Below, piece by piece: positions 10,006 to 19,408 of a stretch of DNA of 64,000 nucleotides (position 1 is its first letter; every line of letters begins with the position of its first letter). The DNA is taken from NCBI GenBank assembly GCA_963842525.1, contig CAWJGT010000034.1, positions 352,001-416,000 of the forward strand. Reading direction: 5' to 3'. Below the pieces are notes generated by a model. The model did no database searches and was not told where the DNA came from. It saw only the letters and a list, made by a program, of their open reading frames with translations. A program made the position numbers and the translations under genes. Source of the stretch: an uncultured Holophagales bacterium (GTDB taxonomy: Bacteria; Acidobacteriota; Thermoanaerobaculia; Multivoradales; UBA5704).

Positions 10006-10308
10006 AGGTCGAGAATCGACGCGGGCAATGAGCGCCCCTTCAATAAGACGTCGACCTAGCCATTTCTATTCTCGACCTAGCCGAGGCGTATGCAGACCAG
10101 AGGCTGCAATAAGTCGAGAATCGGCCATTCTGACACTCAATTTGCATCCTCAAGGTCGAGAATCGGCTCCTTGAGGTCGAGAAAAAGACTCTAAAGGTCG
10201 AGCGATCTGATACCAGAGTCGCGCTAGAGCGATCTGGAAGTCGCTGTTTGTTGCGGGCAGTCACTGCCCATCGTTCAGACATCGCTCTTTGCTTCCTCTG
10301 CTCGACCT
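10006..10308. repeat. Degenerate 21-bp-phased array, core AGGTCGAG/CTCGACCT in both orientations
   Basis: TCGA cores start at 10009, 10051, 10072, 10114, 10156, 10177 and 10198, all multiples of 21 apart. One more at 10302 is 1 nt off phase. Confidence 0.75.
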
Positions 10309-10547
10309 GGAGACACACCGCAGACCTGCCTGATGAGGCAGGAGAGTGCTACGGACCGGCGGATGGCCCCGGGAAGGGAGCAGAGTTGGCTTCGTGGAGC
10401 ATGGACGGCGTGGAGACGCGGGCGTTGATCGTCGGCGAGGACCCCCGCGCCCGCTGCGGCCTCACGGTCCTGGGGCAGGCCGCGGCCGGCGAAGCTCCAA
10501 GCCGGCGGGACGCGGGACCTTGATAAACTTCGCCAGGCTCCCCCACC

Positions 10548-13014
10548 ATGGCAAACTTCGACGTCTTCCTCAGCCACAACAGCAAGGACAAGCCCATCGT
10601 CCGCGAGATCGAGGCCAGGCTGCGCGAGCTGGGCGTCAAGCCCTGGCTGGACGAGAAGGTTCTCCTGCCCGGCGACCGATGGCAGGACGAGATCGAGAAG
10701 ATCATCCGCACCTGCGAGACCGCCGCCGTCCTCGTCGGCCCCAGCGGCATCGGGCCGTGGCAGGAGCCCGAGATGCGCGGTTGTCTCCAGGAATTCGTTC
10801 GGCGGCGGTTGCGCGTCATCCCCGTCCTGCTCCCCGGCGCACCCAGGAAGCCACGCCTTCCTCTGTTCTTGAAGGATTTCAGTTGGCTGGACCTTCGGAA
10901 CGGCCTGGCCGATTCCCTGCTGGACAGCTTCGTAGAAGCGATCCGCAAGGGTCAACAAAAGAAGGCTCGCGCGGTATCTACTCCGAAAAAGGCGCCGGAG
11001 CCACAGACGGGTCCGACCTTCCACAACCTCCCCTTCCCGCCGCTGCGCGACCTCTTCAAAGGAAGGGACACCGACCTCCTTCGTCTGGAGTCCACCCTCG
11101 ACCAGCCCGGCCGGGCCGCCGCCATCACCCAGAGCGAGGCGATCTCCGGCCTCGGCGGCATCGGCAAGACCCGCCTCGCCGTGGAGCACGCATGGCGCTG
11201 CGGCCACCGCTATACGGCCGCCTTCTTCGTCCGCGCCGACACGCCCGAGGCGCTCCGCCGCGGCCTCGCGTCTCTGGCCGGCCCGGCCCTGCTGAGCCTG
11301 CCGGAGCGGACGGCCGCGGTGGAAGAGGAGGTGGTCGCGGCGGTCCTGCGCTGGCTGCGGGAGCATCCCGGCTGGCTGTTGATCCTCGACAACGTGGATA
11401 CGGAAGAGGCGGCCGCCGCCGTGGGCGCGCTCCTGTCCAGCCTCTCGGGAGGACGGGTGCTCATCACCTCCCGGCTGAGCGAATGGCCGCCTGACGTCCT
11501 CACGGAGCCCCTGGACACGATTTCACGGGCGGAAGCCGTCCATTTCCTCCTCCAGCGCACCAAAAAGGACGATCCAGAGCAGGCCGGCCGGCTGGCGGCG
11601 GTCCTCGGGGATCTCCCGCTAGCGCTCGAGCAGGCCGCCGCCTACATCCTCCACACGCGGATGCGCTTCACCGACTACCTCGACGCCTGGCAGCGCGAGC
11701 GCCCGCAGGTGCTCCGCTGGCACAACCCCCGCCTGATGAAGTATCCCGCCCCGGTCGCCGTCACCTGGCAGACTACCTTCGAGGAGCTCGGCCCGTCCTC
11801 AGCCGCGCTCCTCCGCCTGACCGCTTTCCTGGCCCCCGACCCCATTCCGGTCGCGATGTTCGAGGAAGGGTCCGGGACCGTCGAGCAGGCGGCGGCCCTG
11901 TTCTGCGAGGAAACCGGCCGGCAGCCGGCCCCCTGCCCAGTCCGCGAGGCGCTCGCCGAGTTGGCGGCCTATTCGATGGTCACACTCCAAGACAAGGGGA
12001 CGTTCGCGGTCCACCGGATGGTCCAGGAGGTGCTGCGGAGCCACATCCCTGCGGACCGGCTCAGGGCCTGGATCGAAGCTCGCTCTGCGGATCGTGAACG
12101 CGGCGGCGGTCAGTGGCTCCAGCGATGTTCGCACGTGGCCGCGCTGGAACCCCTTACTGCCTCATGTCGCGCAAATTGTGGCCCAAGCAGATGAAGCCGG
12201 CATCGCAGAGCCGACGAGCCGGCTCATGAACGACCTCGGAAATCACCTCGCAGCGAAAAGCCTACACGCTGAGGCCGAGCCCCTTTACCGCCGCACGTTG
12301 ACCATCGCTGAGCAGCACGGGCAACCCCACCTCGGTACCTACCTCAACAACCTGGCGGCGTTGCTCCAGGCGACGAACCGTTATTCGGAGGCCGAGCCGT
12401 TGATGCGCCGCGCCCTGGCCATCGCCAAGCAGGCCTTCGGGTCGGATCACCCCAAGGCCGTCAGACACCTCAACAATCTGGCTTTGTTGCTCCAGGCGAC
12501 GAACCGTTATTCGGAGGCCGAGCCGTTGATGCGCCGCGCCCTGACCATCGACGAGCAGGCCTTCGGGACGGAACACCCCAACGTCGCCATAGACCTCAAC
12601 AACCTGGCTTTGTTGCTCCAGGCGACGAACCGTCATTCGGAGGCCGAGCCGTTGATGCGTCGCGCCCTGGCCATCGATGAGCAGTCCTTGGGGAAGGAAC
12701 ACCCCAATGTCGCCATAGAACTCAACAACCTGGCTCAGTTACTCCAGGCGACGAACCGTCTGCCGGAGGCCGAGCCGTTGATGCGCCGCGCCCTCGCCAT
12801 CGACGAGAAGTCCTTCGGGGCGGAACACCCCAACGTCGCCATCCGCCTCAACAACCTGGCTCAGTTGCTCAAGGAGACGAACCGTCAATCGAAGGCCGAG
12901 CCGATGATGCGCCGCGCCCTGGCCATCCTCGAGAAAAGCCTGCCTCCGGGCCACCCGTGGAGAGAGGGTGCGCGGCGAAACCTCGCGGCGCTTCTGGAGG
13001 AAATTTCCTCTTGA
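10548..13014 (+). CDS. TIR - NB-ARC - TPR (NLR-like) protein, split by a frameshift near 12077
   Basis: TIR FDVFLSHNSKDK..WLDE..GPWQEPE. Walker A GLGGIGKT, Walker B LLILDN, ITSR, GDLPLALEQAAAY, VHRMVQ. ORF 12094-13014 continues with 42-aa TPR repeats; removing one A near 12077 restores IELALRIVN. Confidence 0.88.
12343..12930 (+). repeat. Five 126-nt tandem TPR-coding repeats of high nucleotide identity
   Basis: Units begin ctcaacaa at 12343, 12469, 12595, 12721 and 12847 and encode LNNLAxLLQATNRxSEAEPLMRRALxIDE. Confidence 0.9.
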
Positions 13015-13040
13015 CACCCCGCTCCTCCCTCTATTACGCT
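13011..13040 (+). promoter_or_regulatory. Putative sigma70 promoter TTGACA-N18-TACGCT
   Basis: Consensus -35 overlaps the upstream stop codon. About 170 nt of hairpin-rich leader follows, then GGAGG and the ATG at 13217. Confidence 0.4.
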
Positions 13041-13216
13041 TCAGAGCGTAACAAGCTGTAGCCAACCCGCGAGAGGAGGTGCCGAGGGAGAGCAAAAACA
13101 GATAAGGAAGCCGTTCGAACCGTTTCCGCCGGGCTCTCTGCGGCCCGAAACAAAAACGGCCCGGAAGTGAGTTGACGCTCACTCCCGAGCCTGACCCGAC
13201 ACGGAGGATACACTCC

Positions 13217-13744
13217 ATGCAAGGCTCCGATGAGTCTAACACCCCGTCTTTCCCCGAAGTTCCGTCTTCCCACAACGCCTTCACCCCTGAGTTTCTGCAG
13301 AGGATCGGCGAGCGCGACGAGCCGGTGACGGCCGGCGAGGCCGACATGGCCGGACCGTGGTTTGTCGAAGAGATCCCGGGCGCCGGATTCGGGCTCTACC
13401 GTCTCGGCGAGGGCCAGGCGCGGCGGTTCCAGCCGTTTGCCGTGTTCCGCAGCGCTGCGCTGGCGCGGCTCGCCGCCGCGATCCTTCCCGGCACCGGCCG
13501 GGACCCGGCGTTCCGGCTGCGCACCGAGTCGGACCGCGGCGGTTTTGCCGTGGAGAACGGCCGGGAGGTGGTCGGCCATCTGGCTCTCTTTGACGAGCGG
13601 GTGATCGAGGCGCTCTGCGCGGTGGACAGCGTGGTGCGCTCTCCCGAGGCTCTCGCAAATCTGCTTGACGCCGCGGGCGGGATCGCGCTGGAGCGGGCGG
13701 GGGCGGTTCTCGACAGCCGGTTCCCGGAACGGGCCCGGGCATAA
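13217..13744 (+). CDS. Hypothetical protein (~175 aa)
   Basis: RBS GGAGG before ATG 13217, protein-like composition, no family recognised. Confidence 0.7.
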   Translation: MQGSDESNTPSFPEVPSSHNAFTPEFLQRIGERDEPVTAGEADMAGPWFVEEIPGAGFGLYRLGEGQARRFQPFAVFRSAALARLAAAILPGTGRDPAFRLRTESDRGGFAVENGREVVGHLALFDERVIEALCAVDSVVRSPEALANLLDAAGGIALERAGAVLDSRFPERARA

Positions 13745-13748
13745 ATAC

Positions 13749-13832
13749 CCGGGCTAGGAACAGCGCCGGGTGAACCCGGCTTCAAGCCCCATTCATGGGG
13801 CGCTGTTCCTAGCCCGGCGATTCATCGCCGGG
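13749..13832. repeat. REP-like palindromic element
   Basis: Perfect 19-bp inverted repeat ccgggctaggaacagcgcc (13749-13767 / 13799-13817) plus hairpin cccggcgattcatcgccggg. Same style as 54713-54915. Confidence 0.8.
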
Positions 13833-13874
13833 TGAGGGGCCGGGGCTCGCGTATGTCTTCGAGGCCTCTCTGCC

Positions 13875-14237
13875 GATGCAACTCGAGGATCATTCGCAGC
13901 GCCGCACCCTGCCGGCGCAGCAATTCAAGGACGAGATGCTGTAAAACGAGGTCGAGCTGCTGCGACTTGGGGTCGTGCACGGGCTGCGCACGGTCGCGCC
14001 GCTGCGACTCGGGGTCGCGCCGCAGCCGCGCGAGGTTAATTTGCTGCGAATCGGCCTCGATTTGCTGCCACTCAGGGTCACTTCGCAGCGAAACGAGGCC
14101 GAGCGCGGGCGGCGCAAGGTCGCGCGGCAGCGGCTGGAAGCTCGGGCGCGAGCGGAAAAAGGTCCTGCGCGTCGTGATGGAGCTCCATTTGCTGCGAAAC
14201 AGGGGCGAGTCACAGCGGCGCGAGGTCCATTCGCAGC
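13875..14237. repeat. Degenerate 21-bp-phased array, core GCWGC
   Basis: GCAGC/GCTGC at 13896, 13917, 13959, 14001, 14022, 14043, 14064, 14085 and 14127, then 14191 and 14233 after a 1-nt phase shift. Confidence 0.75.
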
Positions 14238-14257
14238 AGCGCGAGCCCACGCCCAGG

Positions 14258-14882
14258 CTACCCCACCGACCCCACAAACTCCGCCACCGCGGCCACCGCC
14301 TCGCCCACGTTCTGCGCCTCCGTCCGGCCGGACGACGCCCGCGGCTTGAACGAGTGGTCGCCGTCCTCCAGCCAGACGATCCGGATCGCTGGCGAGAGCT
14401 TGTAGCCGGCGACCTCGTCCGGGGTGCCGAACGGATCGCGCGTGCCCTGGACGATCAGGGCCGGGGTGCGCAGGTGCTCCAGGTGCGCGGTCCGGGTCTT
14501 CTTCGAGCTGGCCGGGCGGATGGAAGGGATAGCCGAGGCAGACGAGCCCGCGGGGCTCCACCTCGTCGGCGATCAGGCTGGCGATGCGCCCGCCCATCGA
14601 CTTGCCGCCGATCACGAGGTTGCCGGCGCCGCCGAGCTCCTCGATGGCGGCCTTCCAGGCCTCGCGCAGCACGGGCTCGCGGTCGGGCGGCCTCCGCCGG
14701 GCCTCCTCGCGGCGGGCCCGCATGTAGGGGAACTCGAAGCGCGCCACCCGGATCCCCTCCTTGGCCAGGCCCGCGGCGATCGCGTTCAGGGACGGCGAGT
14801 CCATGGGCGCTCCCGCACCATGGGCGAGCACGACGGTCGGCCCCGTTGCGGGACCCGTGACGAGGAGCTCCGGTTTGCGCAT
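14258..14882 (-). CDS. Alpha/beta hydrolase (Abhydrolase_11 / KANL3-Tex30-like), frameshift near 14500
   Basis: LAHGAGAPMDS, RFEFPYM, GGKSMGGR, LGYPFHPPG. The alternate frame continues TPALIVQGTRDPFG..WLEDGDHSFKP..AVAEFVGSVG to a stop at 14258. Confidence 0.85.
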
Positions 14883-14960
14883 CCTGTGTTCCTCCCTCCT
14901 TCTATGGTAGCCTCAGGACAGCATCTTGATGTTCATGGCTCGATCTGAGGCGAGAATCGC

Positions 14961-16541
14961 TTGATCCCGACTCCTGCACAGTTGGAGGAGGTCTCCAGTC
15001 TCCGCGAGGGCAACCTGGAGCAGGTGCCCTTCTCGCGACTGCTTTGCGCCCTGGCGGTCCACAGGAAAACGCTGGTCGTCGAGATCCGGCGGCGCCAGCT
15101 CTGGAAGAAGATCTTCCTGGAGGGCGGCGTGCCGGTGGACTGCCGCTCGAACCTCGCCCACGAGACCCTCGGACGGTACATGGTCCTCGAAGGGAAGCTC
15201 AGCGAAGAGGACTTCACCACCAGCCTTGCCCGCTCGGCGGCCAGGGGAGTCCCCCTGGGCGAGGTCCTCCTCGAGCTCGGGCTGGTCAGCGCGGTCGACC
15301 TCTTCAAGATCCTGCAGCAGAACCTGGCCAAGAAGCTGCTCGACGTCTTCTCCTGGCGCGAGGGCGAGATTCACATCCTCGACGACGGGAAGCTCACCGC
15401 CGAGTCGTCCCTCAAGGTGAAAGTCCCCCAGCTCATCCTCATGGGAGTGACGAAGCTCTCCCCGCAAGACGAGGTCGACATGGCCGTCGGACCTCTGGTG
15501 GGCAAGAGGCTCGCGATCAACCCCTCCCCTGCGTTCCCGCTGGAGGACATCAAGCTGAGCCAGCGGCAGGCGCAGCTCATCGAGGCAATCCGCCCCGGCC
15601 GGCGGATGGGCGAGCTTGCCGAAGCCACCGGGTTGCCCATCGACGAGATCAGCCGCCTGCTCTATGCGCTGTCGATCCTCGGCGTCGTGGCTCCGGCTGA
15701 CGCGCTGCCCAAGGACGCGCCGGCAGCGCCTCAGCTTTCGAGCACGGGAAGCTTCCAGCGGCCATCCCTGTCATCCCTCAAGACAGCTCCCATCGCAATT
15801 CCTCCTCTGGCCACGGCCGCCCCGCAGGCACCTCCCCAGGACGTCGAGCGGCGCCACAACGAGATCATGCAGGCCTATCTGGTCTACCGCCGGCAGGACG
15901 CCTTCGACCTGCTCGGCGTGCCGGAGGAGGCGACGCTGCCGGTCATCGACGCGAAGTACCTCGAATTCGCCCGCAGATTCGCTCCCTGGTTGCTGGACCA
16001 CATCGATCTGCGCGGCTTGGAAGAGCGGGCGCGCGACCTCTTCCTGGCAGGAGCGCGGGCCTTCGGCGAGCTCTCCGACAGCGAGCAGCGGAACACCCTG
16101 CGCTTCCGTCGCAAGACCTTGCGCGAGGAAAGGGAAAAGAGACCCCCGGCGTTCGGCGGCATCAAGACGGACCTGCTCGACTCCGAGGCGCAGTTCAAAA
16201 GGGGTCTGGCCCTGCTGGAGCAGGGAAAGCCCAAGGAGGCGCTCCTGCACCTGGAGTTCGCCTCCGACTGCGACCCGCAGAACAGCCTCTACGCCGCCGA
16301 GACCGCCTATTGCCGCTTCCAGGTGTCCTCGGCCCACGCCAACCAGGCGCTCCGCGAGCTCGGCGAGACCCTGCGGCGCGACCCGACCTGCGGCCTGGCC
16401 GCCTACTACGCCGGCATCATCAGCCGCGAGACCGGCAACTACGGCGAGGCGGAAAACCACCTGCGCCGCGCTATCAAGCTCATGGCCCCCGACCGCCGCC
16501 CGATCGACGCCCTCAAGGCGCTGCCAGCCGGCCGGCGGTGA
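14961..16541 (+). CDS. DUF4388/PATAN-like domain + degenerate J-like domain + TPR protein
   Basis: N-terminus GNLEQVPFSRLL..KKIFLEGG..ETLGRYMV. J-like segment DAFDLLGVPEEA..YLEFARRFAPW (HPD lost). C-terminal TPRs. Confidence 0.7.
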   Translation: MIPTPAQLEEVSSLREGNLEQVPFSRLLCALAVHRKTLVVEIRRRQLWKKIFLEGGVPVDCRSNLAHETLGRYMVLEGKLSEEDFTTSLARSAARGVPLGEVLLELGLVSAVDLFKILQQNLAKKLLDVFSWREGEIHILDDGKLTAESSLKVKVPQLILMGVTKLSPQDEVDMAVGPLVGKRLAINPSPAFPLEDIKLSQRQAQLIEAIRPGRRMGELAEATGLPIDEISRLLYALSILGVVAPADALPKDAPAAPQLSSTGSFQRPSLSSLKTAPIAIPPLATAAPQAPPQDVERRHNEIMQAYLVYRRQDAFDLLGVPEEATLPVIDAKYLEFARRFAPWLLDHIDLRGLEERARDLFLAGARAFGELSDSEQRNTLRFRRKTLREEREKRPPAFGGIKTDLLDSEAQFKRGLALLEQGKPKEALLHLEFASDCDPQNSLYAAETAYCRFQVSSAHANQALRELGETLRRDPTCGLAAYYAGIISRETGNYGEAENHLRRAIKLMAPDRRPIDALKALPAGRR

Positions 16542-16544
16542 GGT

Positions 16545-17560
16545 CTACGGCAAGAACCCCTCGATCACCGTCCCCCGCCCGGACTCCAGCGCCTTTTCGC
16601 GCACGAGCTGCCCTACGGCCAGGTCGAGGACGCCGAGGCCGAAGGGGCTGAAGACCGTGATTGCGGCCTCGTCGCGCTTGGGTGGCGCGGTGCCCGCCAG
16701 CAGGTCGGCGAGGGTACAGCGGATGAAGTCCCGGTTTCCCGCCTGCTGCTTGGCGAGGTGGATCGAGGTCTGGGCGCGGCTGACATGGTCGGCGTCGTCC
16801 ACCACGTTGTCCGCGGCGAGGATCACCCCGGCAGTGAGATCGCGCAGCGAGGTGTGGAGGATGGTGGCGCCCGGCGGGCATGCGGACAGGTCCGCCACGT
16901 GCGGCCGAACCGCGGTGGTGGCAAAGGCGATCAGGGGGCAGCTCCGGAAGATCTCGTCTGCGCTGTCCGCGACCTCCGCCTCGACGTCGCGATAGCCGTG
17001 CAGCATCTCCTGGAGCGCCGCGGCCATCGCTTGCGCCCGCTCGCGGTGCAGGTCGAAGAGGACGAAGCGCTCGAGGTCCGGGACGGCCCGCACCAGGAAG
17101 CGGGCGGTCTCGAAATTGATCACCCCGGTGCCGATCAGCCCTGCCACGCGAGTCTGGCGTCCCTTGCGCAGCTCGCGGGCAGCCAGGGCGGCGCTCGCGG
17201 CCGTCCGCCGGGCACTGATCGACGAGCTCTCCAGGATTGCCTCCGGCAGGCCGGTGGTCGCGCTGTTGAGGATCAGCACCGCCGAGGCGCGCGCCAAGCC
17301 CCGCTTCAGGTTGCCGGGAAACGAGGCGATCCACTTCATGCCGGCGACGCCGAAGCCGTCACCCAGGTAGGCGGGCAAGGCAATGATACGGTTGAGGTCG
17401 TCGTTGGGAAAGCGGAGGAAGGTCGAGTGCGGGAGCGAGTCTCGCCGCGGCCATGCGCCAGGTAGGCGCGCGCCACCACGTCCATGACCTCCGTCTCCCG
17501 GCCGGCGAGGAGCGATGCCACCTCGCCGCCGCGCAGGATCAGGATGTCGTCATCTCTCAT
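16545..17560 (-). CDS. sbnB: 2,3-diaminopropionate biosynthesis protein SbnB (ornithine cyclodeaminase family), frameshift near 17435
   Basis: AYLAHGRG, PHSTFLRFP..RIIALPAYLG, GMKWIASFPGN, RTAASAAL, GTGVINFE, FSPFGLGVLDL. Coupled to sbnA. Confidence 0.9.
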
Positions 17561-18612
17561 TTAAACAGGGTCTCGTTCTCGGGCCAGAGATCGGTCCCCT
17601 CGCCGAAGTGGCCACGCACCCATTCGTCCGAGTAGACCGTGTCCAGATAGCGCTCGCCGCGATCGGGCAGGATCACGACGCAGGTAGCGCCGGCGGGGAT
17701 CCTATCCCGGATCTTGCCGACCGCGCTCACCAGCCCTCCAGAGGAGGCGCCGGCAAGGATCCCTTCGCGGCGCACCAGCGCACGGCAGCCGGCGATGCAT
17801 TCGAGGTCGGAGACGTGGACACATTCGTCGATGTACTGGAGGTCGCAGAGCGGGGGGCGCAGACCCGCCCCCATGCCGGGCAGGTGGCGGGGACCCTGGA
17901 CGTCGGAGAAGATCAGGCTCCCCACCGAGTCGACCGCCACGACCCTGGTCACCAGCCCGTGCCGGCGCACGTACTCGCCGCAGCCGCGGACCGTGCCGCA
18001 GGTGCTGGTGGCACAGAAGACGTAGTCGACCTTGTCGTTGAGCTCCTCGACGATCTCACGCATGGTGGTGCGGAAGTGCGCGCCCGCATTGCTCTCGTTG
18101 GCGTACTGGTTGGGCCAGAACGAGCTTGCTCGAGCTCCTCCACGAGCTGCCGGACGCGCTTGAGCCGGGCCGGCAGGAGCTCGCCCGGTCTCCGGATCGG
18201 GCTCGGCGACGAAGTCGATCTGTGCGCCGTAGACCTCGAGAATGCGCAGATTCTGGTGCGACGCCTTGATGTCGACGACGCAGATGAAGCGCAGACCGAA
18301 GTACGCGCAGGCCTGCGCGAGGCCGATGCCCATGTTGCCCGAGCTCGACTCGACGACGACCGTGTCGGGCCCTACGTGGCCGGCGCGGATCGCCGCTTCG
18401 AGGATCTCGATCGCCGGCCGGTCCTTGAGGCTCCCGCCGGGGTTGAGCGCCTCCAGCTTGCCGAAAAGGCGGAAGGGCAGATCCGGGTAGACCTTTTCCA
18501 GGCGGACGAGCGGCGTGCTGCCCACCGCGGCCAACACCCCCTTCCTCGTCATCTCCTCGCCGACCGGCGCGGACAGCGTACCGTTTCGTGGGAGAGCGGA
18601 GAGCGTCGTCAT
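17557..18612 (-). CDS. sbnA: 2,3-diaminopropionate biosynthesis protein SbnA (PLP, cysteine-synthase-like)
   Basis: KLEALNPGGSLKDR, ESSSGNMG, WPNQYAN, ATSTCGT, PDRGERYLDTVYSDEW. Apparent compensating indels at ~18125-18185. Confidence 0.9.
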   Translation of the reverse strand: MTTLSALPRNGTLSAPVGEEMTRKGVLAAVGSTPLVRLEKVYPDLPFRLFGKLEALNPGGSLKDRPAIEILEAAIRAGHVGPDTVVVESSSGNMGIGLAQACAYFGLRFICVVDIKASHQNLRILEVYGAQIDFVAEPDPETGRAPAGPAQARPAARGGARASSFWPNQYANESNAGAHFRTTMREIVEELNDKVDYVFCATSTCGTVRGCGEYVRRHGLVTRVVAVDSVGSLIFSDVQGPRHLPGMGAGLRPPLCDLQYIDECVHVSDLECIAGCRALVRREGILAGASSGGLVSAVGKIRDRIPAGATCVVILPDRGERYLDTVYSDEWVRGHFGEGTDLWPENETLFK

Positions 18613-18841
18613 CGTCTGTCACCTCTCTGAAGGGGCCTCGCAGCAAATCGCACCATCCCTAACTCTATGTACGCTCAAGCCAAGGAAGCGGGACAAAACG
18701 AGCCTGGGACGTTGCCGCTAGAGCAAACTCCGGCGCTGTGCTAGCATCGCCGCGCCATAAGGCCACGTACGCCCGGCGGAGCCCCCGCCGGCCTCAGTCG
18801 GGCGGTTCTCGCGCCGGCGAACGAATCACAAGGAGGGGACG

Positions 18842-19303
18842 GTGAAACTCGGAGATGTCCTGAAGAAAGAGAGGGAGCGGAAAAAACTCTCGTCGGAAGA
18901 GACCGCGACCCGGCTTGGTATATCCCAGGAGCAGTACGGTGAGATCGAGGCCGGCGGCTCGCCGGCTGAAAAATGGGGTCCCTTGCTCGCCAAGATCGCG
19001 ATCAAGCTCGAGACGCCCACCTCGCGCCTGCTCGCCGAGAGCGGCAAGTCGGCCGACACCAAGAACGGCCAGGCCGCGGAGCTGATCCGCAAGCACCGCG
19101 AGCGCCGCGGCAAGACGGTCGAGCAGATGGCCGAGCAGCTCGAGATCTCGCGCGAAGAGTACGAAGAGATCGAGGCCGGGCAGTCCGGGATCGAGGAGTA
19201 CGGCCCGATCCTCCTGCACTACGCCGAGATCATCGAGCAGCCGGTCTTCAACCTCTTCTACCCCTGCGGCCTGCCGCTCGAAAAGCTGGACGACTATCCA
19301 TAG
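18842..19303 (+). CDS. Tandem XRE/HTH_3 transcriptional regulator
   Basis: Two similar halves (RERKKLSSEETATRLGISQEQYGEIEAG / RERRGKTVEQMAEQLEISREEYEEIEAG). RBS AGGAGG. Divergent from sbnA. Confidence 0.8.
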   Translation: MKLGDVLKKERERKKLSSEETATRLGISQEQYGEIEAGGSPAEKWGPLLAKIAIKLETPTSRLLAESGKSADTKNGQAAELIRKHRERRGKTVEQMAEQLEISREEYEEIEAGQSGIEEYGPILLHYAEIIEQPVFNLFYPCGLPLEKLDDYP

Positions 19304-19408
19304 CCGGTCGGCCGCGTGCCCGCGACTCGCCCTTGCACTCTGCCATCCGAATCGGCCTGCTCCCCGCAGGCCGATCGCTTTTCAACCCATGCTTCAGGAG
19401 CTCAACCG

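Noticed and set aside
10401-10523. MDGVETRALIVGEDPRARCGL.. resembling the start of a response-regulator receiver domain
   Set aside because: Only ~30 residues of weak resemblance; possibly a relic, but unsupported without a search.
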